A DNA stretch of 63,185 nt, counting the filler, from Globobulimina sp. (Eukaryota), in assembly GCA_003354225.1 (NCBI GenBank). It is 36 parts of 36 records of this genome, joined end to end, with 100 filler letters (N's around TTAATTAATTAA, not from the genome) between each part and the next. Parts side by side here need not be neighbours in the genome. Positions count along the whole stretch, not along the records: positions 47,476 to 49,132 come from PIVH01013521.1; positions 49,233 to 50,889 come from PIVH01013522.1; positions 50,990 to 52,646 come from PIVH01013523.1; positions 52,747 to 54,403 come from PIVH01013524.1; positions 54,504 to 56,160 come from PIVH01013525.1; positions 56,261 to 57,917 come from PIVH01013526.1; positions 58,018 to 59,673 come from PIVH01013527.1; positions 59,774 to 61,429 come from PIVH01013528.1; 28 more parts are not named here. One strand, written 5' to 3'. The notes below the pieces were generated by a model. That model worked only from the letters and a program-made list of their open reading frames with translations. It had not been told where the DNA came from and ran no database searches. Of this stretch, positions 48,256 through 61,529 are shown one piece after another. Each line of letters starts with the position of its first letter. The stretch's first letter is position 1. The translations under genes were made by a program, and so were the position numbers.

Positions 48256-49132
48256 CTATTTATCATATATATAATATTTCTCAGATTTCACTTTTCTGCT
48301 GTTGCTATTTTCGGAATGACTTCGTTGTAATCCAGCATGCGGAGTATGTAACTTTGACACACTTTGGATGTGATATTTTTTGAGTCCATTATTAAAAATT
48401 GGTGTTTGACAACTTTGACTCCCTCCATTTTGCGCAATTTCTTTTTGTTTTAGTTTTAGTATTTTTTTATTGTGATTAATTTGTGAGGGAAGCATTACTG
48501 TTCGTGTTATTTTACCGCCTTTACCAATGGAAAAAGATGATGCACGTTTTACTCTTTCTGGCCTTATTCTACCTGCTATATATTTATATTTATATTTATT
48601 ATATGTTTGTGAGTATATATGCGATTATGCGGTATGTATAATTATTGCTTAACACATTGATTTTGCTCTCATATTATGACTATGTTTGCCCATTTTCTTG
48701 CTCAAATGCTGCACTTTGTCCTGCAACGATTCTATTTGAATGTTTTTAAGCCTCAAAGTTTGTCGAATGGTTTTATTTGATTCTTCCAAATCTCGAATTC
48801 TGTCATCTTTCATTCCTAACTCTTTTCTCATTGCTTTCAATTCATTTTCTAATTCTTTTATTTGTTCTCTTTTACGTGATTTATGATGATGGCGATGACT
48901 GTGACTACGATGCCGATGAATGACCGGCGTGTCAGGTTTGGATTGCTTGTTAGTAGCGAGGGGTGAATATACCTCGCCATTCAGATCCACGGTAGCTTCA
49001 ATCGACGGTTCTGGTGTTATATTGTCGCGATCGCTGTGATGTAATGAAATTTTAACATCATCGTCAACGGATCGACTCATCGACTCAGAAACGCCTACTA
49101 CTCCAACGACAGAAGGCAGGCCCACTGCACCG
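48256..49132 (-). CDS. Hypothetical coiled-coil protein C-terminus (spliced)
   Basis: His/Arg tract and coiled coil; AT-rich intron-like gap about 48575-48655. Confidence 0.5.
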
Positions 49133-49242
49133 NNNNNNNNNNNNNNNNNNNNNNNNNNNNNNNNNNNNNNNNNNNNTTAATTAATTAANNNNNNNNNNNN
49201 NNNNNNNNNNNNNNNNNNNNNNNNNNNNNNNNCTCTACGAAT

Positions 49243-50229
49243 ATGAACGAGGACAATGACCAGAGAGTGGTGCGGTTTCGTGTGGACCACAATATACATA
49301 ATCCCCCGCGAACACGTACCCGCACTCCACACTCATCGCGGAGCAATACAAAAACGCGCAACTCCCTGCCTGAGCTGCCATTGTTGCTGCCATTGTCTCC
49401 CAAACACATCAAAAACCACTCATCGCCTCCCTCCATGCACGCAAATGCAAGTCCTCCCGCTGAGGATGAAGAGGTCTGCACTGAGTCTGATCACAATGAC
49501 GAGTTCGAGCCGATATCTGCCAGCAAGATCCAGCGCGATTTTTGTAAATGGAATAGCAAGCGAAGGAGGTCGCGGTTGGACAGCAATAATAACAACAATG
49601 GACACACCATTATCTATAACAGCAATTATAACCAAAACTATATATATAACAATAACTATAATTGCGAGGAAGAGGACAAAAAAGTAAATTTAAAGTCAAA
49701 CGCTACCACACCATCACCGGCACCGCCACGGCATAGCAATTATAATAATAAGCTGCCGCCCTATAATACGCCAATGGGCACAGAGTTTAGTAATCAAACC
49801 GTGTTGATTAAGAATGGCACGTTTTCGGGGCAAACCTCGCCGAATATATACGAGGAACAGACGCCCATTGAGGAGCTGTTCAATTTCTCCAATGAGAATA
49901 CGCCGGCACCCGTTGTGCATGCGGGGGACAACAATCTTTATGCCTTTATGTCGCCGGAGCAGCTGGAAAACGCGAAAAAAGGACACAAGAATGTCATTAA
50001 TAAACATCAGCTGATTGTGGAACAGATTCAAGCGGAGAAAAATAAGAGAATGTTACGTTGGAAATGTCCGGAATGTTTGAAAAATGAGAGGTCGTTTATG
50101 TTTTTACCATGTCGGCATTTGGGACTTTGTCAGAAATGTAATCTGCAGAAAATATCGAAAATTATGAAATGTTCCACTTGTAACTGTGCCATTAGACAGA
50201 AAATACCGATTAACTTTTCAAATGATTAA
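49243..50229 (+). CDS. Protein with C-terminal RING-HC (zf-C3HC4_3 type)
   Basis: CPECLKNERSFMFLPCRHLGLCQKC......CSTCNCAI. Confidence 0.85.
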   Translation: MNEDNDQRVVRFRVDHNIHNPPRTRTRTPHSSRSNTKTRNSLPELPLLLPLSPKHIKNHSSPPSMHANASPPAEDEEVCTESDHNDEFEPISASKIQRDFCKWNSKRRRSRLDSNNNNNGHTIIYNSNYNQNYIYNNNYNCEEEDKKVNLKSNATTPSPAPPRHSNYNNKLPPYNTPMGTEFSNQTVLIKNGTFSGQTSPNIYEEQTPIEELFNFSNENTPAPVVHAGDNNLYAFMSPEQLENAKKGHKNVINKHQLIVEQIQAEKNKRMLRWKCPECLKNERSFMFLPCRHLGLCQKCNLQKISKIMKCSTCNCAIRQKIPINFSND

Positions 50230-50989
50230 ATTTTATGCTTGTGTCCGTATATGTTTTTAATTTCTTTTGTGTGTGTTTTTTTTTGTGTTGGTATTGGTGC
50301 GGATTTTCGTTTGTTTTTTTTGTGTGAATTTGAAAAGTAATCGTTTTGTAGGTTGCTTTTTTTTTGTGTGTTTGTGTTTTTTTAGTTTGTTTTTTTTTTT
50401 TTTTTTGTTTGTGTGATATATCATAAATTCATAATACATGTTTTTTCTGTTTTGTATGTTGTACAAATGTCAAATAATCTATAAACACAGAATAGCATCA
50501 TTGATTTGATGCTGTTGCTCAATAATTCAACCTTATCCATCCATACCTTTACAGATTGGCTATAAATATCTTTTTTTTATCTTGTATATTTTAATTGTTT
50601 AAGCATTTTGTGTGCTATTTGATTGTTTGTCTGTTTGGTGTGTGTGGTAAATTAAATATCAATTCAGTAATACCCAATCCGTATAACTTTGCCTCTATAA
50701 CTTTGCCTCTACAACTTTCAAAGTTCAAGTTCTGACTTTTTGAAGAAGAAGTGCGTTCTGACATATATTTGTAACAACAATGGAAGGAATGCATTAAAGT
50801 CAGAGGTTGCGAGGTTTAGAAGTTTATGCGTTGAGAGGTTGGGATGTTCAGAAGTTGGTGGATAAAAGTATCGTAATAATAATTTCATTNNNNNNNNNNN
50901 NNNNNNNNNNNNNNNNNNNNNNNNNNNNNNNNNTTAATTAATTAANNNNNNNNNNNNNNNNNNNNNNNNNNNNNNNNNNNNNNNNNNNN

Positions 50990-51379
50990 TATAGTTCGTA
51001 AACCGATTCCTGCGTCGAATAAATGTGAACGTTTATATTGTGTCTGGGTTTCGACACAATACAATTCGCAATAGATTCTATCCTTACATTGAGAGGGTGT
51101 CTTTAATGGAATTATCTCAAAGATTATGCTGCCTTTCTCGTTTCTCAAAGCTAAAATAAATGTAAATGTTCCAATTCGCATGATGTTATTAGTAAATTCT
51201 GCATGATCTGATAAGAGATATTCCAATGTCTTCGTTCCAATCCGCCAATAAATTGCGTATGAACAGTATATATCACACTGTTTACTGATTGCAAGTGGTA
51301 ATCTATCTATGTTGGATTCTCTCGCAAATCCATCAATTAATAACAATCTACGTTGAATATGTCCTTCGTCACAATACAT
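50990..51379 (-). CDS. F-box-like N-terminus + MATH-like domain (partial)
   Basis: LLLIDGFARE...LPLAI...C..Y; YWRI; IYCELYCVET resembles IYCVET of the 14900 ORF. Confidence 0.5.
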
Positions 51380-51775
51380 GATCGATTCGAGCTACTCAAA
51401 AACCTCTAGGCTGAATTGTAGCAATTACGAGTTGATGAGTGCATCAGATGATTAATTATGGATTAATTGCATGGAGCATCACTACCATCGGCCTCACAAC
51501 TTTATATATTTGGTGGTTTATACATAATCAATTATCAGAAATCTGAGGAAAATTATGACTGCTCTATGTTTATCAAGTTTATACTTTTTGATCTATTTTA
51601 AGCTACGTATCAACTCACAACAATTACACCCTATTAAATATGATGGAATATATTTTAATTTGTGCGTTTTATATTGCAATGGTTACAGCAAATACACGGA
51701 GATTATTAGTATCACAACCAATGTTACCATCTGAATTATATGAACCACATCAATCAGTTGTTTGTCAACATTTAA

Positions 51776-52480
51776 TTGATGCATTTGCAATACAACATGG
51801 ATCCGCTACGTCGTGACATGTTTCAAGTAACATCAAAAACCTTTAGTGACAGTTACGATATTACTCAAAGCGGTATCTTTTCAAAGGTGTGCAACACATT
51901 GATTCACCAAACAATAGCAAATCACAATCTTGATGCTGATCCACAACAATTAGAAATAAAAATTGAAGTAGATAAAGCTAAGCATTATAGATTGTATCTT
52001 TCCAATATAAAGACGAAGGAACATTATTTAATGTACAGCTCTCTCTCTGCAGCAGATATTAACCTGCTTTCTCCTCAACTTTGTTCATTAGATTTAGCAT
52101 TGGATTTATTTAATATTTATTACCTTTCTGCACCAAATGAAGAAGAACGAGAAATGGTGCGGAATTTATTCGGATTTATGATTGATTCACAAACTGGGGA
52201 TTTGAATTCGAAATATCATTTTGTTGCTGGAATCAGTAGAATGCAGAATCCATTTCGAAATTTATTCAAAATTGCTCATAAAATGGTGAGTGACTCAGAA
52301 GAAGAAATTAGAAGGATAGTGTCTGAAAAGCGAGGTAATTTGGTAGGAGAAAGAACATTGATACTTCGACTCAATCAAAAAAGATACGAAGCATGCATTA
52401 AATATGAGTATCGGTACAACAGTGGTCATACAGGAAAAGCATACTATCCGTTGATTGGAGAACCAGTTGTTGAACCTTGA
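51776..52480 (+). CDS. Hypothetical protein
   Basis: 234-codon open frame; no family recognised; start uncertain. Confidence 0.5.
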   Translation: MMHLQYNMDPLRRDMFQVTSKTFSDSYDITQSGIFSKVCNTLIHQTIANHNLDADPQQLEIKIEVDKAKHYRLYLSNIKTKEHYLMYSSLSAADINLLSPQLCSLDLALDLFNIYYLSAPNEEEREMVRNLFGFMIDSQTGDLNSKYHFVAGISRMQNPFRNLFKIAHKMVSDSEEEIRRIVSEKRGNLVGERTLILRLNQKRYEACIKYEYRYNSGHTGKAYYPLIGEPVVEP

Positions 52481-52857
52481 AAAGATCGAGTTTAATAATT
52501 ATAATGCATTTCCTCGTAGCTTTGAACCTCTTAATGTTGTGATTCTGACCAGCATTGTATATATATTTCTGCTTTGGAGAATCATCTGAATATATTTTTT
52601 TTTCAGATTTAACTAGTTTCGATACTTTTCTACAAATTTGATGCATNNNNNNNNNNNNNNNNNNNNNNNNNNNNNNNNNNNNNNNNNNNNTTAATTAATT
52701 AANNNNNNNNNNNNNNNNNNNNNNNNNNNNNNNNNNNNNNNNNNNNTTCTATTTACAATCGAGAGAACGTATGAATTGAGGAAGCAAAGCATTGTGAACA
52801 GCCAATATAGTCAACACGAGTTTTATTTAAAACCTTTTCTTTTTTAAAGACATTTCA

Positions 52858-54006
52858 ATGCCTTTTTCGTGTGCCTTTATGTGTTTTATCATCTTGTTCC
52901 ATGTAATAAGAGTGATTACTTATTCGCAGGTTGTATTCGCAATCTATTTACAGTACTTTGATGCCAGATATTGGTGTTTCCCTCTAAAAAAAAAAAAATT
53001 AGAAATATTTTTATCATTCGAATTTGAAAAACAATTTAAACCACAAACTCCATGGTTTAACAAGTCATTTTTAGGCAGACATAAACCCATTAATTTTATT
53101 TTAAAATTCACCGACATTGATGGCGAAAATATCGTTTTCAGCACGCAATTTATTACGGATTTATACGGAGATAATTATAATAAAAATAAAAAGAAAGAGA
53201 GTGTGTTTTGTTTACGGATTCAAGATTGGAACACATTTAATTATATCAAATGTGAGGTTGAATTGGATAAAATTCAAAAAAGAGAGACGGATAATGATAA
53301 TAAGGAGGATGTGCATGGCGATGAGCGGTGGGACAATTTTAATAAATTATTGATACGCGGAGAGGGCGGATATGTTAGTTTTGATATTTATGACCTTCGA
53401 TCCATTGTTTTTAAAGCAATACAAAATAAGCGATATATTTATAAATTTGAGACAAAAAATTTACAAAAAAAGGATGGTGCGAGATATGAAATATTTGGTT
53501 TCATTGATAAGGAATGTCATCGTTTGTATGCAATTAAAATGATATTAACTACAAAATCATGCATGAAAACTGGTTTTTATATGTTGCCAATTTATGGGAA
53601 TATATCGGATGAGATTGAAGTAAAAAATGCAATGATTGTGCCACAGAATGAAGAAGAGAAATATTTTGAGAATAATGGATTGGAGAATGAGTTTAAAATT
53701 GATGGCATTGTAAATAAATATTATGATATTAAAGGCGATATATTGGCGCAGAAATGTAGAGAGAGAGAGGTTGATATTAAAGAGTTTTATGATGATATTG
53801 ATACAAAAGAAGCAGGAAATGATATTGTTTTGTTACAGAAAAAAATCCAACAACAAGCAAAAATCATTGATGATTTACAGAAGAAATTACAAAGTAATTC
53901 AATAATAAATGGTAACGATGATTCAGTCGCTAAATGGGCAAATACGTTAAGTGATAAATTTGAAGAAATTGCTACATTATTCAAGGCATTTCCTGGTAAT
54001 AAATAA
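52858..54006 (+). CDS. Hypothetical protein with C-terminal coiled coil
   Basis: 382-codon open frame; 5' end uncertain. Confidence 0.55.
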   Translation: MPFSCAFMCFIILFHVIRVITYSQVVFAIYLQYFDARYWCFPLKKKKLEIFLSFEFEKQFKPQTPWFNKSFLGRHKPINFILKFTDIDGENIVFSTQFITDLYGDNYNKNKKKESVFCLRIQDWNTFNYIKCEVELDKIQKRETDNDNKEDVHGDERWDNFNKLLIRGEGGYVSFDIYDLRSIVFKAIQNKRYIYKFETKNLQKKDGARYEIFGFIDKECHRLYAIKMILTTKSCMKTGFYMLPIYGNISDEIEVKNAMIVPQNEEEKYFENNGLENEFKIDGIVNKYYDIKGDILAQKCREREVDIKEFYDDIDTKEAGNDIVLLQKKIQQQAKIIDDLQKKLQSNSIINGNDDSVAKWANTLSDKFEEIATLFKAFPGNK

Positions 54007-54503
54007 ATAAATCCGTGTGTATAATACTAGTTTTTTTGTTGTCTTGTGCTAAATGAACGATTGTAGTTTTTTGGCTTTCACACTCACCACACATAGAAAT
54101 TAAACACGTTAATCTTACTGAACATGAACAAGTGTATGGTGTGATGTTGACTGTTGTATATAAGTACGCGAGAACAAAATACTAAAACTAAAAAAAACAC
54201 ATTGAAACAAAAACATATTACACTATTAAATAATAATCGGATTTGGAAAATCAGATTAAGTTTTTTTAAAAATAAAAGATAAATCACATAATCCATCATT
54301 CTATTTATTGGTTGTTGGTCGTGGCGGCGGTGGTAATATCATACCAAACTCATTAAATGTATCAAACGTTGGTGGCGGAGGGACATGATATTTATTAAAA
54401 TTCNNNNNNNNNNNNNNNNNNNNNNNNNNNNNNNNNNNNNNNNNNNNTTAATTAATTAANNNNNNNNNNNNNNNNNNNNNNNNNNNNNNNNNNNNNNNNN
54501 NNN

Positions 54504-54642
54504 CGCAAGCGAAAGATCTGTTTTCACTTTCTTAAACCAGGCTGTGGGATTGTACGTGTCCTCATTGTCTAATGAAAAATCCAGATCTTCCGAAAAACGA
54601 GGCAGATTAAACAGGAAACGCAGGGCGGTTCCACCAACAAAT
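54504..54642 (-). CDS. Bacterial AbiEii-family nucleotidyltransferase fragment at contig tip
   Basis: FVGGTALRFLFNLPRFSEDLDFS carries the GGT and RFSEDLDF motifs. Confidence 0.8.
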
Positions 54643-55776
54643 GACAGATTCACAAATGCAAAAAGTATTACAAATGGCGGGTGAAGGCGGAACATGGGGC
54701 GATTGTTGTACAAAAGGACAAGTAACTGATGATACTGAAATTGGAATGGCTTTAAGCTATGCTTTGCTTTGTATGAAAAATGAAAATAATAATATTTTTA
54801 ATGTAAAATATATTTGTTTTGAATATTATAAATGGTATGAAAGTGGGCCGTTTGATATTGGTCAAACGACACTAAAATCAATTATACAAAGTGAGAATGG
54901 AAGAAATGCAGACAAAATGAGGCAATGTGCAAAGAAATATAATACATTTATGAAAGAAACATATCGCGGTTTAGGTGGTATTCGCTCAAACGGTTCGTTG
55001 ATGAGAATTATGCCATTAATACTATATTGCTATAAAATATATAAAGATTATGATTTGGATGCAATATATGATATTATTGTAAGTGAGTCATCGCTGACAC
55101 ATTATAACCAAGTTATATTTCATTGTAATATGTCATATTGTGTTGCTGCGCTATATTTATTACATAATTATCATGAAAAGGATCGGAATAAAAAAGCATA
55201 TTTTGCAGCAAAAGATTGGTTATTTCAACAATTAAAAAAATATGATTTACAAAGTGAACATGCTTCGATATCTGATGATTGTAATATTAATATTGAGGAA
55301 GAATTCGAAGATACATTGGAAGTAAAGATATCATGTTGTACGGAAGTATTAGAATGGATATATAATGCATGCGAAGGAGAAGAAGATTTCTCACCAACTA
55401 CGCAAATTATTGGTCATGTTAAGGTATTACATATTTATGATATATATTAAGGTATATATATATGTTGATTATGTTGATGATAATCATTAAGATCGCATTT
55501 GAAAGAGCTTTTTATTATTTATATAATGGATATTTATATGCAACGGCTATAATAGAAGTGATTGAGTCCGGCGGTGATACGGATACAAATGGGTGCATTG
55601 TTGGTGCGTTGTTGGGCTGTTATTATGGTTTAAATGAATTAAATAAACAAACTTTAAAATATAAATGGTGCCAAAACATTATGAATTGTAAACCAAGAGT
55701 TGATTATGAAAAAAGAAAAATATATCAACCTCAATTGTATTTTAAACAAAACATTGTTCAACAATTACTATCATAA
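54641..55776 (+). CDS. ADP-ribosylglycohydrolase (DraG/ARH), 5' partial, intron 55424-55491
   Basis: GQVTDDTE; PFDIGQTT; SNGSLMR..P; LTH; GGDTDTNGCIVGALLG. Confidence 0.92.
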
Positions 55777-55810
55777 AATATAATAGTTCAACACATCATT
55801 AGGTGCAAAA

Positions 55811-55874
55811 AGCTTTAAAAAACTTAGTCAATCACAAAAGAAGTGTTTGGGGTGTGAACCTAAAAAGTCAAATG
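55811..55874 (+). repeat. Dispersed repeat also present at 47586-47650
   Basis: AGCTTTAAAAAACTTAGTCAATCACAAAAGAAGTGTTT...AACCTAAAAAGTCAAATG shared by two contigs. Confidence 0.85.
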
Positions 55875-58017
55875 CCTATTCTAGCTGAAGAATGGAATCA
55901 ATGATTCAAGGTTTCAATGTTTGTAGGTGCGACAAAATCCGATTATGTTTCTTCATTAAATGCAGTTCTTTCAATGAATTAAACAGAAAAATAAGTTAAT
56001 AATACGATGCAGAGATATACATAATTTGACAAACACTAAAAAAAGGTTAATAATATGATGCAGTCATTCAGAGCAAAACTCATTCAGACATACACAAAAA
56101 CATAAACATGCAAACCAACAAAAACAACACACACATAACACATACACACATTATTTTTTTNNNNNNNNNNNNNNNNNNNNNNNNNNNNNNNNNNNNNNNN
56201 NNNNTTAATTAATTAANNNNNNNNNNNNNNNNNNNNNNNNNNNNNNNNNNNNNNNNNNNNTCAATATTAAAAAGAATTGCTTCGGAGAGTCAAGTATATC
56301 ATTATTGAAATCAAAATTTGTCTCAAAATTCTCATTATTCACAATTTTTTTTGTTTGATTCAATCTCATTTCGGCATTTTATCCACGCATTGAACTGCTC
56401 CACAATATGGATTATGGAATGAATGCTAGTATTTGCTGCATTGCGTCATGAGAAATTAAATGATTTTATGAATGGAATGGAGCATAATTTCAGTTGCATT
56501 GATTTTCTTTCATTTGGTGCACACCGCCCCGCATATATATATATATATATATTTATTTTACAGCAGATTGATTATTTTATGAATTGAAAATGAAATACTG
56601 AGTGATGGTTGATCTAACCGCAGACGTATTATATATTTTATGTTAGGGTTGATCCAACAGCACCACTGCCATCAGCAAATTTATATATTTTATGTTTTTT
56701 ATTTTATTTGATTTGTTTCTTCGATCATGAAATCACACAAAGTCATCCTCAAATCTCACAAAATTATTTCACAACTCATCGTAACTAAATCATAAATAAG
56801 TAAATTTTCAAATCACAAAATGAATTGGTAGTTTGATATTGAATTTGTTGTTGTTGTCATATGAATTAAATAGTTTAGAATTGCAACAGATTGCAAACCA
56901 ATTCATATAACAACAATATTACAATCAATACAAATAAATAAAATGTAGGATAATTAATCTCAATATCAATATACCAATGTTAACAATTCAATTATTCAAT
57001 TCCAATAATCTCATGATTGTTGCCAATAATCTCGTGAGTGATGATTGTAAACACAATATAACATATCCACTATCATTCTTTTCCCCATGTACTGCTTTTT
57101 GTGCCATGCCAGTTAAAATAAGTAGGCCAAAACACATTTCAAATTTAAAAACTTTGAGTGGGTATAACTTTTTTGTTATCCACAATGGCACAAAATGAGT
57201 TTCAGAACTGTTATTAGAATACATTAAGCTATATCATATCCAAATTGTAGCTAGTTATTTTACTTTGAAATGAGTGATTCAGTAAAGATGACACAATGCG
57301 ATCACAAAAGACAGCGAATAGACACTTGGAACAATGAAATGGTGTACCGTTGCATTTGTTTTCTAATTTTGCAATTTCTTTTGCATCATAAACACATTCC
57401 GTGGGAGAATTGGCAAAAAAATACTAAATCAATCATTAACAATTAATCAACAATAATAAGTTCTTAATACATAAACATTTTTACGTATCCACTTTACCTT
57501 ATCCTCTCTCTTTATTTTTAACTTTCTTTTACTTTAAAACAACAAAATAAAAACAACCCCTTTATTATATTTCTTTTTATTCCGTTAATAAATATATCTA
57601 ATTTGGTTTCCTTTTATATGTTAACCAATCAATGTTTTAGTATATGATGATGAGATAAAACATATACTCAATATTTAATTAGTTTGTAAGCAATTATTTA
57701 AATAAATATTTGGGCAATTAAATTAATTTTAGTCTATTTTCTCTATGAATTATCCCTTTTTTGTTGACCCTATTACATTATTTTTCTTTTTTCTCTGTAT
57801 CTGTAAAATATATTTGATTATCTATATGTCAATTATGTGTCATTATATATGGCATAAAAACCATATATTTAATAAATCCCTTGTGTGATTAGTAGTGACG
57901 TGAATTAAATTCAATATNNNNNNNNNNNNNNNNNNNNNNNNNNNNNNNNNNNNNNNNNNNNTTAATTAATTAANNNNNNNNNNNNNNNNNNNNNNNNNNN
58001 NNNNNNNNNNNNNNNNN

Positions 58018-58368
58018 GGCAATGTTGATACCTTTTGTGGATATGCTAAAAAGACAGACAAAGGAAAACCTGTGGATGTGGATGCATTTTTATCTGCTGT
58101 GAGGATACAATCTGTTCAGTTAATGGAAATCGAGGCCATTGAAGAAAAAAAAAGAGAAGAAAGAAATGAAGAAGAGGTGCAAGAGGAAGGTGCTGATTTT
58201 GATGATATGTTTGTTGATGTCGATGATGAAGGGAAACTAAATGATTTTGAAATTCATGTTAATAGAATATTGGCAAGAACTGCTGGTTACGGTGGAAGTA
58301 TAACGAGTGGAGCGACGGTTGATACTGACGATGGAAATGTTGATAATAAAATAAAAAGTGATTCTTGA
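58018..58368 (+). CDS. Acidic C-terminal fragment of a hypothetical protein
   Basis: Frame open from contig start to TGA. Confidence 0.45.
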   Translation, partial: GNVDTFCGYAKKTDKGKPVDVDAFLSAVRIQSVQLMEIEAIEEKKREERNEEEVQEEGADFDDMFVDVDDEGKLNDFEIHVNRILARTAGYGGSITSGATVDTDDGNVDNKIKSDS

Positions 58369-58650
58369 AAATACAAGTTTGTGTATAAATAATATGTATA
58401 TGTTTTTGTCACCTTTTTTTTAATGTGAAAATACGCCATTTATTATTGAATGTGTGATCCGTTTTGTTGTGTGTACTTTTTTTTTGTTTTTTTCTAATAA
58501 ATAAGTATATATAAACGAATTATAATTCTCAATTTATTTATATAGTTATTATTTGATTGCATGACAACTTTATTTAGGTACATTTCCGACCAATTTTCAT
58601 ACTGTGCAAGGATCCGAAATTATATTTACTTGCAAAACAAAATGCAATTT

Positions 58651-59673
58651 TTACAGTTTAACATCTGAATTGTGACCACCAATTTCATTTTCCCGTTGAT
58701 TTTCCAGCTCGATTTCTTTTGCAAACTTACGAAACTGTCTTTTAGCTATGATTGCCACATAAACTGCAACAACAAAAGCAATGATTGTGCCAACAATGCT
58801 CAATATCAAAATTGCTTTCTTCTCAGCTCTCGATAAGTTCTGCGAGACGTGTTTTATTTCAATGACTGACGACAGAAAAGATCCGATACAACACATCATT
58901 ATACAATCTGGCAACATTCCAAAATTCCCCAAAACATAATGCAACAAAGATATGTTTGTCAGTCCCATCAAATAATTCATCACATTATACGGTGTTAAAA
59001 AAGTCAATCTCAATAAAAATGCGATTTTAAGTCCGTGCTGTTCCACAATTTTATCAATCACCTTAAACTGCGGATATTTATACGCCAACCTTTCCGTACA
59101 ATTCCTCATTAAATACCTCCCATTGAAAAACGCCTGAATTGCTCCAATCTGTGAACCAACAAATACCTTTTACCAATATGCATAAATTAAATACATTTCT
59201 CAGTTTATAATCAGACACAATTCAAGTTATTTAACTAAAGCAATGGAAATTGGCAGTCCCTTTGTTCCATAAACATGCGTGAACACAAAACCTGCATATT
59301 TTAGTTTTAATATTCAATTTGTCTGCATTCATATCGATTGTTTGCCACATACCACCGCCAACAGTCAAAAGTGTTTCAGGTCCAAAGAGAGCCAAATAAA
59401 TCCAACAAAACAACAAATATGCAAATATGCCCTCGATCGGCTCCTCTTTAATCCATTGCAGGAAATAAATAAAATAATCAAGCACCTGTTCGTAGTAAAT
59501 AACGCCGGAAAAGAAGATAGTCGCAAGAATCATCACAATGCTTATTTTCAACCAAAACGCCGCTCTATTATAAAATGGACGCGTATCTATTGTTGGCGAC
59601 GAGTTTGTGTCGTGGATGGCTGTATAATTTGCTGCAGCCTTTGCTGTACAAGCTATGGGATCTAATAACAGCG
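58651..59673 (-). CDS. TVP38/TMEM64 (VTT/DedA) membrane protein, spliced
   Basis: PETLLTVGGG; AFFNGRYL; GLKIAFLLRLT.LTPYNVMNYLMGLT; GMLP. Confidence 0.88.
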
Positions 59674-59773
59674 NNNNNNNNNNNNNNNNNNNNNNNNNNN
59701 NNNNNNNNNNNNNNNNNTTAATTAATTAANNNNNNNNNNNNNNNNNNNNNNNNNNNNNNNNNNNNNNNNNNNN

Positions 59774-60876
59774 TGCAAATAAATCGCGAATTCTGCCCCT
59801 CTCCAACTTGACATTAGGCGCCAAAGTCCAGCCATACGGTAACTCGACACCGTTACACTGAGCTATACTGTTCAATAAATCAACTGCTTCATCGTAGCGA
59901 CCAGCTACAACCAAATAGTGTGGTGATTCGGGCAAACATAATGTTCCTACAAAGGCAAACCATAACGGTACGGATGATAATATTAAATACCATCTCCATG
60001 TTAAATATGATAAGGTGAGCCATGCTAAAAACACACTGAACAGAGCACCAACACTCCAAAATATGCCTTGTATTATCATTGCTTTACCGCTCGATATGAG
60101 TCCCGCCGGTCGGTTCGGGTTAGTGAGATCGCCACAACTTGCTGGACAATCACCGCCGCGGGGGATAAATTCTGCAAACAACGTGAATGCGACGCAGCCT
60201 GTGGTCATGAAAAAACCGACACCAAATCTGAACACTATCATCCATGCTAGATTGGGTGCTATACCTTGTATTTTTAATTGTGTTTTTTTAATTAATGGAG
60301 TAATTAACAGTATTTTCACGCTACTCTAAATTGGATATGATTTAAATCAATAAAATATAATAGGATCTATTCCCAAACAAAATATCTGATCAAAAGTTAC
60401 CATATAGAACCACATAGATAGTGATAGATTGGAATATATCCGATTTAGTGTGCATAAATACTGTCAATTAATATGTAATGATGTGTTTGTTGTCTACCTG
60501 ACAATACACCAAAAACAGCAGTGCATAGATTGCCAATAATGATAACTTTTTTACGTCCAAATTTATCAGATAAAACAGCTAACGTGGTAGCACCGAATAA
60601 CATTCCTACAAATACTGCGACGCCAACCCAACTGGATTGAGTTCCTGACAAATTCCATTCTGTTCTGAGAACTGGTAATAAGAAACCTAAAAGCATCATT
60701 TCCATCGCATCTGCTGCCCAAATTATACCCGTTGTGCAAAATATCCAATATTGATATCGACCACATCCTATTTCGTAAATCACTTTAGCAACAGGCCATG
60801 GATCAGGTGTTTGTTGATTAGCAATCGGTGTTGATGCTGCTTCTGCAGATTCATCACTTGGGTCACTCTCAGACAT
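59774..60876 (-). CDS. SVOP-like MFS transporter (3' partial, spliced)
   Basis: IG.GRYQ; WAADAMEMMLL; LSDKFGRK; RF.VG; AEF.P; WRW; LPESP. Confidence 0.9.
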
Positions 60877-61028
60877 GATACTGATGTTTAATAACTATCC
60901 ATACTACAAAAACGGTTTTTTAATTATAATAAGTAAGTAAGATGGCAGCCGTTAAGCAATAAGCAATAAGTTATCATTTATTAAAAACGCAAATCTGATA
61001 CACTGGGGAAAAAAAAGTAGTTTATAAT

Positions 61029-61429
61029 TCAGTTTAAATCAAACTGTTTAATTTCCTTCATTGTGAGCCTATCTTTTTCATCAACAAATATTTTCTGCAA
61101 CAACTCCTTCACCGACACCGATAAATATTGTTCTCGCCGCCAACGTTTTAATATCTTCTCCATATTTCTATCCAATACAATCCACTGAAATAACTCATCA
61201 TTTTCGCATGGAACCCTCCACGGATTGCAACCAATTATCAACGTAAATAAAATAACACCCAAACTCCACACATCTGCTGCTTTGCCATTAAACACACACT
61301 TTTTGAATATATTCGGTGCGCAATACGCTGGCTTTCCGACTCTTAAATCCGATTTAAATCCTTCTGCTAAATCACTATCATTGCACTTCTGCGCGGCGCC
61401 AAAATCAATTAAACGGATCTTGAAATCCG
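61029..61429 (-). CDS. Ser/Thr protein kinase C-lobe (CAMK-like), partial
   Basis: LIDFG; VGKPAYCAPN; ADVWSLGVILF; R in subdomain XI. Confidence 0.88.
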
Positions 61430-61529
61430 NNNNNNNNNNNNNNNNNNNNNNNNNNNNNNNNNNNNNNNNNNNNTTAATTAATTAANNNNNNNNNNNNNNN
61501 NNNNNNNNNNNNNNNNNNNNNNNNNNNNN

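Noticed and set aside
50257-50466. Lys-rich 69-aa ORF as another basic protein
   Set aside because: Reverse complement of a T/G-rich 3' UTR; low complexity.
54504-55776. AbiEii toxin next to ADP-ribosylglycohydrolase as a defence/TA operon
   Set aside because: AbiEii is a 139-bp tip scrap on the opposite strand that truncates an intron-containing eukaryotic ARH; same pattern as the other chimeric tips.
56261-57917. Contig 33 as an ncRNA or gene locus
   Set aside because: AT-rich, only short ORFs and a (TA)n tract; no recognisable RNA structure or protein motif.
1660-61529. Regularly spaced identical TTAATTAATTAA motif as a CRISPR-like or biological repeat
   Set aside because: Embedded in N runs at every contig join; an artificial six-frame stop linker. 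ORF ends reading XXX-LIN are artefacts.
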